Assembly: GCA_964016885.1 (NCBI GenBank)
Contig: OZ024743.1
Location: 177,072,001-177,136,000, forward strand
Origin: Eledone cirrhosa
Taxonomy: Eukaryota
Reading direction: 5' to 3'
DNA length: 64,000 nucleotides
How positions within the stretch are numbered: the first letter of the stretch is position 1; every line of letters starts with the position of its first letter. The notes beneath the pieces are model-generated. The model was not told the origin of the DNA. It ran no database searches and saw nothing but the letters and a program-made list of their open reading frames with translations. A program made the position numbers and the translations under genes. Of this stretch, positions 48,329 through 61,427 are shown piece by piece.

Positions 48329-48427
48329 TATGGTGAACTAACTGTTGTGTTACTACTTCTACCAAATTCGTCTCATGGACTGAGTGCTTTACCACTACGG
48401 ATATTACCTTCCAGTGTTCTACTCCGA

Positions 48428-48440
48428 TATATATAAATAT

Positions 48441-48512
<72 letters not shown>

Positions 48513-48525
48513 CAGATAGAGAGAG

Positions 48526-48577
<52 letters not shown>

Positions 48578-48950
48578 TCAAAATTTTATTTCTCGCATTA
48601 GCACAGCTTATACATAAATGTATAAGAGAGGTGTACAGTCCTGATGCAAGGTAATGACCCAGAAACATGTAGAGTGTTCCTCAAAGTCAGTATAGAACAA
48701 ACAGGTGACAATCGGTCACCGGCACAGCACAACTTCAGATCAGGCCATTTGTTAACTTTGCCTTTCGTCCTTACGGGGTCGATAAAATAAAGTACCAGTA
48801 ATGTACTGAGTAATTGCTGGCCTTGTGCCAAAAGTAGAACAATTATTAGTGTTCGATATAACCCATAGGTACATATGTATATGTATATATATATGTGTGT
48901 ATATATTATACATACATTCATGTATACATCGCTATTTCAGAGCACCAATC

Positions 48951-49035
<85 letters not shown>

Positions 49036-49111
49036 ATACATGTGTATGTATTTGTATTTGTACACATATCTATGTATGAATCTATCTATCTATTTACCGC
49101 CCTTCTCACTC

Positions 49112-49189
<78 letters not shown>

Positions 49190-49192
49190 CTC

Positions 49193-49230
<38 letters not shown>
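48428..49230. repeat. (GA)n, (TA)n and (CT)n microsatellite cluster
   Basis: Seen directly. Confidence 0.9.
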
Positions 49231-49231
<1 letters not shown>

Positions 49232-49699
49232 CATACATATATGCGCACTCTTTCATACATTCATACTTCATTATTCATCCCCCATATAATTGTTTTATTA
49301 TAGAGTTGTTCTTTTTCTTCAGCAGAACCCATTTGGTGAAGTTAAATTAAGCATGAAAAATATTTTCCCAAAACAACCAGTTTTCATTTCGTGAAATACC
49401 ATGCTGAGTTTTGTCAAACATTTTCTTATTCCAGGTCCGTTTCTTGGCTTTCGTTTTTTCTTTAATAAAATGAAACGAGAAAAATCTTATTTTATCAATA
49501 TAAAAAATAATCACTTCACCTAACAAACTATTTCGCCGGAAAAACGAGAAAATGAAGTTAAAGTAAATTACCCTTTTAACAATTTCTTTATTCCAATCCT
49601 TTCCAAGGCCTTATCACTCATGTTGGACTAATCCCTCCCTGGTAGATCTCTACTGCTTTCTGTTTGGTTTTGGCCATATCTTCAGGGGTGTAGTCGTAC

Positions 49700-50270
49700 T
49701 CACATACATACATATATATACATACATACATACACACATGATGGCTGTAAACTCTGCTAAGATTATTGAAATCGCTTGTCAGATTATAGAGTTTGGCGCA
49801 CCTTTAGGCTACTGCCAGCCACACGAACTTGTAACATATTGTGAACAAGCAATGCCTGTGGTTTGAAAGTTTTTTAAGTGAGGAAAGGCCATGTACTCGA
49901 CCAATCCCACTCTGTGAGCATTGAATACACTACCCGAAAAGGAGAACTGGTCAACACCATCGGATGCTTCCGAAGCCGCAGGCTTTTTTTTTCAGTGTTT
50001 CTCTCTCTTAGAAAGATGTTATGACAACAACTAGGAGCCTTTCACTTCCAGATAAAAAAAAAAAAAAAGAAATACTATTTGGATAGCCGTTGACTCTGCT
50101 GAGTTCCTCCGTCTTTTGCCGGGTCTTGTATTTCATCCCGCAGCGTGTCCAAATATCACCATCCACACCAAGCTAGCTTGGGGGAGTTGCCGGTTTAGTC
50201 GCCGACGACCCGACCATGAGACAGGTTGTACTGGGTTACATGTTACCAGTAGCACTCGAGAGCGACCGGA
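49700..50270 (-). mobile_element. Non-autonomous RTE-derived element (5'UTR plus short 3' end) in (ACAT)n
   Basis: 50080-50248 matches the 5' end of the LINE at 35800-35976; 49850-50050 matches 59825-60045; no ORF. Confidence 0.6.
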
Positions 50271-50483
50271 CATACATACATACATACATACATACATACA
50301 TACATACATACATACATACATACATGATGGCTGCCCCCTCGTTATCGAGTATGGCCATTGCACGAGAAGAAAAAAAAATAATAATAAATAAATAAAAAAA
50401 AAAAAAAAAAAAATAAAAAATAATAATAATAATAATAAATAAATAAAAAAAATAAAAAAATAAAAAAAAGAAAAGAAAAAAAG

Positions 50484-50542
<59 letters not shown>

Positions 50543-50634
50543 CACATATACATACACACATACATACACATACACTCACACATATACACACACATACATT
50601 AATAACAATAATAATAATAATAATAATAATAATG

Positions 50635-53502
50635 ATTTCATTTATTAGCCACAAGAGCCGACAGGTAGGGGACAATACAAAGACAGGGACAGTGGGGGTT
50701 TACAATTAGGTCGAGTAAAAGTGCACAATGGCAAGACTAATTTAACAATGAAAATATAAAAATATAAAATAAACTATGCAAAATATAACAAAATAAATTC
50801 CCCGATAGGGAGTGAACGACCCTGGGGTGATTCGGGTACCCCACCAATCCTGAACCACCCTGCGCTTCTAGGGCACCCAGGAGAGCACCCCTCTCCTCAA
50901 GTTAGCCAGCCTATAGGCGCATGGTCAGAGTAGGCCCATTCACACGAGCCATTCTCGCCACATTCACCCACCTTTTAGCAAATGTACTGGAGGGCAGCAC
51001 TTCTCTCTCCACCCTCACCCTCCTTTCCAGGTGAAACTTGAAGAAGTTGATGAGGGATTCAACCTGGTCCACCATATAATCTCTTTCGCAACTGCCACCA
51101 GACAGAGGAAAATGTCCTGCTCTTCCTGACCTAAGGAAGGTGGCGGCTCGATCTTCACTATGGACTCGGCCGATAACCGGATTCGTTCCACACGCGACAG
51201 TAGCTGTTCGACATAACTCCACAAGTCAGTAATGCACGGACATTGGACAAGTGCGTGCAGAACGGTTTCGTCGTTCTGTGCGCATCGTGGGCAGGTCCGT
51301 CTGACAGCACTTCCGTGCCTGTAGATTTTATCCCGAACCGGCGGTGCCCCCCGGTAGCACTGCCAAGCGAGGGATTTCTGGAAATTGTCCATCGTCCCCG
51401 GCTCAAAAGTCCTCCGGTACAGACTGGTCAGTTCGACTTCGTCGAGGCCCAAAGCTTCTCCGAGTGCGTCATTGCACTTGCCAACCACTAATCCTCTATA
51501 GAACTCGAGAGTGGAATTTCCACTGATCGCATTACCCGCTTGGTAGAGGGCAGTGAGTGCCTGGCAACATTCCAGGTGCCAGTCACCCAGTCTCGGTCTC
51601 TTCTTGACCCAGGACTGCAGCTCAGTCAAAGAAATGAGCTGCGGAAAGGCCCGTCTGATAAACGGCGACCACACCTGTTCACCATTGAGGCAGAATATCT
51701 GGAGATGTCGCAGCCTCAACGCATGTCTGCGCATCATTAGCCACTGCATGCCCAGCCCTCCGCGTAGAGGGTGCTGGCAGCAGATGGACCGCCTCACCAA
51801 CGGAACTAGTCCCCTCCACAAGAATTTGAAGAGGAGCCGTTCCAACTTGACGAGGCGCGGACGGGGACAAGGCACGACGGTTAGGCGGTAATAGATGACG
51901 GACGCGATGTACGCATTCGCCACCTCCGCGCGACCTTTCAGTGATAGCTTCCTCCCAGCCCATTTTTGGGTGAGACTGGCTACTCTGCTCGTTACCTCGT
52001 CCCAATTCTTTTCCACCTGGAGGTCTGGTCCGAACCAAACCCCGAGCAACTTTACTGGTCCGTCCAGCGCCCCACGACGCTGTTGGACGGCATGGGCTTG
52101 CCTCTCCAGGTTCCGAGCTGCAAGCCCACCGACTTTTCCGGGTTAAGTTTGGCTCCTGTCAACCTTTCATATTCCTTCAATAAGGTGCCGACCACCTCGA
52201 TTTCTGAGGTGTTCGACACCATCACGGTGATGTCGTCCGCATAAGACGACACCGCCTTTCCACGTCGCGGTTCGAGCGGGATGCCCTGCAACAGCTCCAG
52301 CTTCCGCAGTAAAGGCTCGAGAGTCAATACGTACAGAAGGGAAGAGAGAGGGCACCCTTGACGGACCGATCGGGAGAGCCGAAATGGTTCCGAGAGGTGG
52401 CCATTAACCTTGACCACCGAGCGTGTGCCGCTGTGCATTGCAACGATCCAGCTTCTAAAGACAGGGCCGAAGCCAGCTGCTTTGAGGACAAACTCCAGAT
52501 ACCGATGGTCGACCCTATCGAATGCTTTCGATTGATCTAAATTGATCAGTGCCCCACCGAAGCCAGGTTTACACCCTACCCTCTCTATGATGTATCGCAT
52601 GAGGTGGAGATTGTCGTGTATGGACCTGGCTGGGATTGCGCAAGTTTGCGCCTCCCCAACCAAATCCTCGAGGACAAGCGCCAATCTCTTTGCTAACACC
52701 TTGGCCAAAATCTTAAACTCTGTGTTGAGCAGAGTTATGGGCCTGAAGTTGTCTAATGTATCCCTCTTGTTCTCGTCTTTCCTTATCAGCGTCACCACTC
52801 CCCTGCTCACAGAACTGGGAATACTCCCATTCTGCTGCCAGTTACAGTAGAGTGCTTGGAGGAGTTCGGAGAACAAGTCTGGCATATTTACGTAAAGCTC
52901 GTAGGGCAGGCCATCCAAACCGGGTGACTTGCGCCTCATGCAGCCGACAAGGGCATCCTGAATTTCGGCTGAAGTAATCGGCCTTTCGCAGCGCTCAGCG
53001 TCGACCGTCGAGATGCGCGGCAAGCCGTCAAGGTAGGGACTGAAATCCGCTACTCTCTCTGATTCGCCACTCTCCCCGAACAACCGAGCAAAGTGCTGGC
53101 GAAAGGCCTCACACATCCGCTTGGAATCGCTTATCTCGTGTCCGTCTCGGTCCGCCAAAGACCGAATTGTGGTTTTATTACCACGCTGCGCCTCCGCCAC
53201 GCGGGCCCATCGAACAGCTTTAGTTCCCTCGTTTCTCAGCGCACGCGCCTTAGCTCTGACAATGCAACCTTCGTGTTTGGCATTGAAGAAATGGTCTAAT
53301 GCCATTCTCGCCGCTAGCACGTCAGTTGCGATGCCACTACAAATAGCCTCGTCTAACTTATCTACCAGCTCCCCCTCCTTTCTATTTTTCTCTAACGCTA
53401 GTTCTTTGCTGAACTCTATCGAAGTTACTCTAATCTCTCTTTTGAGAGCCCCCCCCCCCACCATCTGTTGTTGATGATCCCCCCTGTCAACTTTTGCTTA
53501 AA
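50635..53502 (-). mobile_element. Tx1/L1-clade LINE copy D, 5'-truncated within ORF2
   Basis: ORF2 pieces 53464-50911 with SSYADD and CCHC; (AAT)n on both sides. Confidence 0.93.
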
Positions 53503-53552
53503 TAATAATAATAATAATAGCAATAATAATAATAACGACAACAACAATAATG

Positions 53553-56500
53553 ATTTCTTTATTAACCACAAGGGTTTACATAAAGTAGACATTAAGGACA
53601 GTGCAGGACAATGCAGGACGGTACAAATGGGCATTTCTGCGTGTAAAAAACAAAAACAGAGGATGTAACAAAAATAACAAAGAAAATAACAATGAAAAAT
53701 TCCCCAATAGGGGGGAGACTTCGGAGGGACATTTGTGGAGAAAGCCCAGTAAAAAGCCACAATGACCCTGACCACCAAGGCAAGTGCCCTCTCCCAGTTT
53801 TCCACCTTTAATTTACAGATATATACTCAGAGTAGGCCCATTCACTCGGGCCATTCTTGCTTCTCTCACCCATCTTTCAACAAAATGCTGGGAAGAGAGC
53901 ACTTGCCTCTCTACTCTGATTTTCCTTTTCAAATGAAATTTGAAAAAGTCAATCAGAGCATCACCGAAGAGGTAAGTGCTCGTCTTCAGCCCTTTCAAAC
54001 GTGTCCACCATACTATCTCTTTCGCCATGGTCACCAGACAGATAAAAACTGCCTGCCCTTCCCGGCTAAAGGAGGAGGGCGGGGCAATCCTCACGATGGA
54101 CTCAGATGATAGCTGGATCCGTCCTAAACGCGACAGCAGGTGTTCGACATAAACCCACAAGTCAGCAATTTTCGGACACTGGACGAGTGTGTGCAGGACG
54201 GTTTCGTCGCCCTGCGCGCATCTCGGACATGCCCGGCTGACGGCACCTCCATGCCTGTAGAGTTTATCCCGAACTGGAAAGGCTCCTCGGTAGCACTGCC
54301 AGGCCAGAGATTTCTGGAAGTTGTCCATAGGCCCCGGCCCGAAAGTTCTTCCGAAGAGATTGGCTAGTTGATTTTCGTCGACGCCTAGAGTTTCCCCAAG
54401 TACGTCGTCGCTCTTACCCTCCACTAATCCTCTATAGAACGCCGAGGTGGAGTTTCCACCGATCACATTGCCCGATTGGTCGAGGGCTGTGAGCGCCTGA
54501 AGACATTCCAGTCTCCAGGCGCTCCCTCTCGGTCTTCGCTTGACCCAGGACTGCAGCTCCGTCAAGGAAACGAGCTGGGGAAATACGCGCCTAGCAAACG
54601 GCGACCACACCTGATCACCGTCGAGGAAGAGGTGGAGATGTCGTAGCCTGAGCGCGTGCCTGCGCATCATCAGCCACGGCATGCCCAGCCCTCCACGTAG
54701 CGGGTGTTGACAACAGATGGACCGCCTGACCATAGGAGCACGTCCCTTCCACAAAAAGCGAAAGAGCAAACGCTCCAGCGCAGTCAGGCGAGGCTTAGGA
54801 CAAGGTACGACGGTCAGGCGGTAGCAGATGACAGACGCGATGTACGCGTTAGCCACCCCCGCTCGACCTTTCAGGGATAGCTTCCTCTCCGCCCATTTCT
54901 GGGTGAGAGAAGCCACCCTGCTCGTCACCTCGTCCCAGTTTTTGTCCGTCTGGAGGTCCGGACCGAACCAGACCCCTAGCAATTTAACGGGTCCGTCCGT
55001 CCAGCGTCTGACGACGCTGTTGGACGGCATGGACCTGCATCTCCAGGTGCCGAGCTGCAGGCCCACTGACTTTTCCTGGTTGATCATCCTGTCACCGCTT
55101 CGTATTCTCTTAGTGTAGTGCCGATCGCCTCGATGTGTTTGGCGTTCGACACCACTACGGTGACATCGTCCGCATATGCTGACACGGATCTTCCGCATCC
55201 TAGTTCGCGCGGGACTCCCCTCAACGTCTCCAGTTTGTGCAGTAATGGCTCGAGAGTCAATACGTACAAGAGGGACGAGAGGGGACATCCTTGGCGGACC
55301 GAGCGCATGATGTTGAACGGTTCCGACAGGTGACCGTTCACTCTCACCACAGAGCAGATGTCGCTGTGCATGGCAGCGATCCAGCCTCTGAAGACGGGCC
55401 CAAAGCCAGCCGCCCTCAGGACTGCCGCTAGGTAACGATGGTCGACCCTATCGAAAGCTTTCGACTGATCTAAATTGATCAAGGACCCACCCGTGCCAGG
55501 TTCCCTAGCTACCCTCTCTACGATGTATCGCATGAGGTGGAGGTTGTCGTAGATGGATCTGTCGGGAATGGCGCATGTCTGCGCCTCTCCCACCAGACCA
55601 CCAACGACAAGCGCCAACCTCTTTGCTAGCACCTTGGCCAAAATCTTAAACTCTGTGTTTAGCAGAGATATGGGCCGGAAATTTTCTATGTTATCCCCCT
55701 TGTTCGGATCCTCTCTCAGCAGTGCCACCGCTCCTCGGATCACAGAACTGGGAATTCTCCCGTTCTGTTGCCAGTTGCAGTAGACGTCCGCCAAGAGGCC
55801 TCCGAACAAGTCTGGCATCTGTACGTAAAGTTCATAGGGCAGACCATCCAAACCAGGCGATTTACCTCTTGTGCAGCCAGTCATTGCCTCCCTTACTTCA
55901 GCGGCTGTTATCGGCTTTTCGCAACACTTCGCCTCAGTGGCCGAGAGCCGCGGCAGTCCGTCGAGGTAGACACTAAAGTCCATCCCTCTACCCGGCCCCC
56001 CGCTGCCCCCGAACAGCTGAGCGAAGTGTCGCTGAAAAGCTTCACACATTTGCCCGGGATCGAGTAGCATGCGCCCGTCGTGGTCCACCAAAGACCGGAT
56101 CGTGGCTTTGTTGCCACGACGCGCCTCCGCCACTCGGGCCCATTGAACGGCTTTCGTCCCCTCGTGTCTGAGAGCACGCACCCTAGCTCTGACAACGCAG
56201 CCTTCGTGCTTTGTATTGAAGAATTGGTCAAGGGCCAATTTCGCCGCAAGCACGTCGGTCGCAATGCCTTTGCTAAGCGCCTCGTCTAATTTTCTAACTA
56301 GTTCTCCCTCTGCTCTATTTTTCTCTATTGCTAAAGCCTTACTAAACCTAATCGATTCTATTCTAATCGCTCTTTTCAGAGCAAACCACCACTTGTTGTT
56401 GACGATGGCCCCCGTCAACGCCCGCTTAACTAGTTCGCTAATCCGGTCTCTGTAGGCCTTGCGCGCTGGTAAGGACGCGTTTAGCTTCCAGTAGCCAGGT

Positions 56501-59500
56501 CCTCGTCTATGAAGCCTATCTAAGTCAAGCACACAGGTCACGAATTTGTGGTCCGTGTAGCTGACTATCTTGAATTGTGGACAGCCTATGCTAGACCTAT
56601 CTATTTCCCTACAAAATACTCTATCTAGATATGATCTGGATGACCCTATGCGGTTTGTCCAAGTCCACATTGGCACATTCAGGAAATCCAATCGGTACCT
56701 GTCAGACAGTTCAAAACGCCTGAGCAGGTTGGTGAGGCTCTTGCACCCTCCACCCTTACCCGCTAATCCCACACAGTCCCAGCGTGCATCTAAGATCCCG
56801 TTCCAGTCGCCCACTAACACTAAAGAGCGGGACGTTCCAAGAAAGGTCTCCAGACGCCGGAAGAAATCAGGCCGCCCTGCTCCTGTCGGGGCATAGACGG
56901 CCACTAGCCTGAAAGCTTGCCCGTCTCCGCTGGTCACGTCCAGCACCACCAGCTTACCCTCTGGGTCCAGGAAGATGGCCCGTATGGCGAGATCCAAACC
57001 TCTCCGAAAAAGCACAGCAACTCCTCCACCCGATCCAGGACGGCTGGGAGATGCGTACACATCGTAGCCGCCGAAGATCGGTGCGAAGGCCCGTGCTTCG
57101 GAGATTCTGGTCTCGCTGATGGCCACTACATCTATGTTTAGTGACCTGAGGTCGTTGAGCAGGTGACCCTGCTTCCATGACGACCCCAAGCCACGTGCAT
57201 TTATGCTGCCTATTCTGAGTGAGGTCATGTTTAAAATAGAGTGGAAAAGATGGGAAAGACCACTTACCGTACTTTTGGTAGAGGAGGGATGGTTTTTACA
57301 TCCCTTTTCACTTGATCGTCTGGTGAAGGGACCGTTGAATCGTCCCTTCGGCTGGTCGTCGGCTCTTCTAAGAGAATGTCTGCATATACTCTTCGATTGA
57401 TGGTTCCTCCTAGGTCCCTGAAATCACCAACTGCGTTGGGGAATTTCGTTTTAATGTTTGTGTATTGTTTCTGTGCTATTTTTAGCAGTCTTATGTTAGT
57501 TGGCGTTTTGATTGGTGCTGGTATTATGTAGTCCTGTTGTGAAATGTCTGTGTGTTCAATTATGTAAGTCATTAGTTTCTTGTTGTGTGTGTTTATTGCC
57601 GTGCATTTGTTTTTCTGGGGGTGGGGTGTGGTTCTGCTATTTTCTTGTCGTTGTTGCTGGGTGTGTGTGTTTTGTTGTTGTGTTTGCGATGTTGGTGCTT
57701 GTGGTGGTGGTGTTGAAGGTGTTGTTGGCGGTGGGGTTGTCGCCGGTGGTGATGGTGGTGCTAGTGTGGGTGGTGATGGTGTTGCTGGTGTTGCTGCTGT
57801 GGGTCTCTTTGCAGTAGACTTTACCCTTTTCTCATTTCTTTCCTCCCTTTTCAAAGGCGACGATGCGCTGCTTCTGCGTTTGTGCCTTCTTACGACCTTT
57901 TGCCATCCCTCTCCCACCTCACACTCCATGCCTGATTCTGTGAGGTCGGGGAGGGGTACCAGCTCCACTCTTTCACTTGTTGTTGTTGGTGATGTTTGCA
58001 CTGGAGTCTCTGTTGCAGCTGCATTTGGTATTGCTGTTGTTGTTGTTAATATTTCCACTGCTGCTGCTGTTTTTGATTTCCGTGGCGTGGGTATGGGTGC
58101 CACGGACCTATCGTTCCTGGTTGCCGCTTGTCCTGTTGCTGGTAGCCGTGGAGCCGGATTCGGAAGGAGGGGGGTTTTCTCCTTTCTCAGGGTCTTCTCG
58201 TTGCAGAAGGCCCTGAGGTGAGTCTTCGATCCACAGCGAAAGCATTTCGAGCGTTTGCCCTCAACACTTATGGGCAGTTGAGTGCCGTTATCGAAGTCTA
58301 TCACATTCGGGATAGCTTCGATGCACTCCTGGTTGGTTTGGATTAGCATCTCAATGGAGGTGCCGACCCAATCTTCTCTTACTTTTTTCTGTACTTGCAG
58401 TACAGTTGTTTTGTCCTCGATTCCGACGAGGACAGACGCGGCCAGCCAAGAAGGGGCCATTCCGGGGGGGACGTGGGTCAGTTTGACCCTCACAATTTTT
58501 TGCCCGCAGTAGGAGGGCACCAACACCATTTGCTCGCTCCTTAGGGTCACTACTGATTGGGCCTTTGCCTCCTGGGGTGTGGCAAAAAGTACGTCTACGG
58601 TGGCATATTTTTTGCCTCGGGTGATGTGCGTTTTCCGCTGCCACACAGACCCCAAGGCTTTTTGTATCTGAGCCTCTGTGGCTCTTTCCACCCTACGGTA
58701 TTTTGTACTTACTGTACGGTACGTGACCGTACAGTGCTGTTGGGTTTCGAAAAATTTTTCCGCTGCCTTGCAGATTGCTCGGTGTCCATTCTTTGTCACC
58801 ATCTTCTTCGCTTCCTCTAATTCCTCATTTGTTATGAGGATTGTTTCCAAGTTTTTCGCAATGCCTGCAAATGAGATTGGTTTTTCTTTGCTGCTATTGT
58901 TGTTGTTGTCGTCAGAGCTGGTGGTACTTTTGTTGTTGCTGCAGGTACTACGACTACTGCCTCCGCCGCTGTTGCTGTGGTTGTTGTTGGTGTTGCTGCT
59001 GCTAATGCTGTTGTTGTTTATGCTGCTGGTGATGCTGTTGCGGCTGCTACTGTTGTTTTCATTGTCACTGTTGCTGTTGTTATTACGGCTGCTACTGCTA
59101 TTATTCCTGACGTCAGACGAATGAACTGGGTTTTCGTATTTCCCGCACACCTGTTTCGTTGTTGTCGTCGTCGTCGTGGAGAAACCTTGCACGCTTTGCA
59201 CGAGACTTTTCTTTTCTTTTCTTTCGTCACTTGCGAAAGAGAAGGGAGGGAGAGAGACACATTTAAAGAAGGGAGGGAGAGAGACAATCTTCTCTCTGCT
59301 GTAGGGATGATTGAGGAAGAAGAAGACGGAATGAGTGGGAGTGACGTATGAAATTTCTTTTTCGTAGCCATGTTGTTTTTTTGTTTAAAATGAATATTGG
59401 GTACAAAACCCCAATAACTGGTTATTTAACCCCGAAGGGCCAAATAACGGACAGAAAGACCCCTCTCACGAGGAGGAGGGTGTCTTTATCAACAATTTGG

Positions 59501-59586
59501 TTCAAGTTTTAAACAATTTACAATTGTTTTAACGGTTAAAAATTACTATACCTTACAGAGCCGAGCCTCCGTCAACCTTGGCATTC
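53553..59586 (-). mobile_element. Tx1/L1-clade LINE copy E, full length, divergent subfamily
   Basis: ORF1 59201-57264 (probably starting at 59371 across a frameshift), ORF2 57228-53813 with one frameshift, (AAT)n flanks. Confidence 0.95.
57264..59201 (-). CDS. Copy E ORF1, gag-like CCHC zinc-knuckle protein
   Basis: 645-aa open frame with Asn/Ser-rich N-terminus, CFRCGSKTHLRAFC, Pro/Thr-rich region and basic cluster. Confidence 0.85.
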   Translation of the reverse strand: MQSVQGFSTTTTTTTKQVCGKYENPVHSSDVRNNSSSSRNNNSNSDNENNSSSRNSITSSINNNSISSSNTNNNHSNSGGGSSRSTCSNNKSTTSSDDNNNNSSKEKPISFAGIAKNLETILITNEELEEAKKMVTKNGHRAICKAAEKFFETQQHCTVTYRTVSTKYRRVERATEAQIQKALGSVWQRKTHITRGKKYATVDVLFATPQEAKAQSVVTLRSEQMVLVPSYCGQKIVRVKLTHVPPGMAPSWLAASVLVGIEDKTTVLQVQKKVREDWVGTSIEMLIQTNQECIEAIPNVIDFDNGTQLPISVEGKRSKCFRCGSKTHLRAFCNEKTLRKEKTPLLPNPAPRLPATGQAATRNDRSVAPIPTPRKSKTAAAVEILTTTTAIPNAAATETPVQTSPTTTSERVELVPLPDLTESGMECEVGEGWQKVVRRHKRRSSASSPLKREERNEKRVKSTAKRPTAATPATPSPPTLAPPSPPATTPPPTTPSTPPPQAPTSQTQQQNTHTQQQRQENSRTTPHPQKNKCTAINTHNKKLMTYIIEHTDISQQDYIIPAPIKTPTNIRLLKIAQKQYTNIKTKFPNAVGDFRDLGGTINRRVYADILLEEPTTSRRDDSTVPSPDDQVKRDVKTIPPLPKVR

Positions 59587-59819
59587 AATAATAATAATTG
59601 TTTCTACTTTTGGCACAAGGCCAGCAATTATTCCAGTGCATTACTGGTACTTTATTTTATCGACCCCGTAAGGATGAAAGGCAAAGTTAACCTCGGCGGG
59701 ATTTGAACTCGGATCATAAAGGGAGGTAACTCTATGCTTCAAAGCATGGCGTCCGACCCTTACCGATACTGCCAATCCAATAATAATAATAATAGTACAC
59801 TATTAATAATTATTAATGC

Positions 59820-60090
59820 ACTCGTGCAATGCCTGTGCGTGACGAATATTTTTAAAGTGAGGAAAGACTGTGCACTGAGCCAATCCCACTCTCTGAGCGA
59901 CAGTAGCTATAACCCGAAAAGAAGAAAAGATCAACATCATCGGTAACTACTGAGCCGCAGGTTTTATATCGGAGTTAACCCAGTTTCCTGAGATGCCTTC
60001 TCCTAGAAGAATGCCCTGACAAGGGCTAGGGGTTCTTCACTCCCAGTGGTTTAACTGCGCGATCGGGCATCCAGCCCGATTATTTCTATG
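59820..60090 (-). mobile_element. RTE-type 5'UTR fragment
   Basis: Minus strand GGGCATTCTTCTAGGAGAAGG...CTCCGATATAAAACC resembles RTE 5'UTR motifs; homologous to 49850-50050. Confidence 0.55.
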
Positions 60091-60666
60091 TTTTCGCGCG
60101 CGCAAAAAAAAAAAAAAATCACTTATTGACACTTATACATACGACATACACACACACGCATACATATGCGCGCACACAACAACACTCATACATACAACAA
60201 ACACACACACACGCTACTCTACTCACTTACACGCACACACACACATATATATAAATATATATATTACCGTCATTACTGATACAAGATTACAAGATTATGT
60301 CAACTGTTGACTTTCAAGAGTTTGTATAGTTGAAGCCGATCGTATTACAGTCCAGCATTACTATAATTGCTTTACAGCATAGAGTTATGGCTCTCCACGG
60401 AGTCAACAAAAGAGAGTACCAGTGATGCGTTGGGCCAGTCGCTGGATCCGTGCCAAAAGCAGAAACATTATTATTAAAGCCGAGGTTGACTTTGCCTTTC
60501 ATCCTTACGGGGTCGATGAAATAAAGTACCAGTAACACACTGGGTAATTGCTGGCCTTGTGCCTAAAGTAGAAACAATTATTATTAAAGTTGTTTTCTTA
60601 AGGCCAGGTCGCTGGTGATGGTGATGGCGGCGGCGGTGGCGGTGGTGGTGGCAGTTGATGTTGTTG

Positions 60667-60703
<37 letters not shown>

Positions 60704-61427
60704 GTTATTTTGAGTTTTTTTTTTGTTTGTTTTTTTTTCCTTCCCTTTTCTTTTTTCTTTTCCCTTCCTTTTTTATGTTTTGATGCCGTTGTTGTTGTTG
60801 TTGTTGTAATTGTTGTAAATGTTCATTTCAGTGCATTCTGAAGCTGTTGTTGCTGTAAACATTAGTGCCGGTGTTGTTGTTGTTGTTGTAGATGTTGGGG
60901 TTGAAATCTGAGTGATGTATATACACACATATACATACACACACACATATATATATACATTCAACAGAGAGTAGAGAGTTTGACAACAGGTCGATGACTT
61001 TAGTCTAGATAGGGTATGGTATGGTAATGACATGTGATGGTGGGGAGAGAGTGTAGACGTTATTGTGGTGGTGGGGACAGTGAGATGTATTTAGTTTTCT
61101 TTTCTTAGCAAAATTTGAATTTTAGCCATGTTATATTGAGATGTAAGTAAATGTAAAATGTAAAATATAAATAAGGATTGCTCTGCTAAAATATACTAAA
61201 ATATTTGTGTAACTTCCACAAACTTCTGTCGTGACATTCCCGAGTCCAGTGACCAAAAAATTGTTGTATTTTGATGTTTCAGAATACAAAAATTAATTAA
61301 AAACTTACCCCACGAAAAGACAGCGTGTGTTGTCCTATCTATAAGCTCCCTCACACATACATACATACATACATACATACATACATACATACATACATAC
61401 ATACATACATACATACATACATACTTA

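Noticed and set aside
48240-50675. ORFs rich in YI, RE, SL or CV dipeptides
   Set aside because: Dinucleotide microsatellite artefacts.
57512-59351. Plus-strand hydrophobic ORFs overlapping Tx1 ORF1 (also near 6080-6458 and 44728-45105)
   Set aside because: Antisense shadows of AAC/ACC-rich coding sequence.
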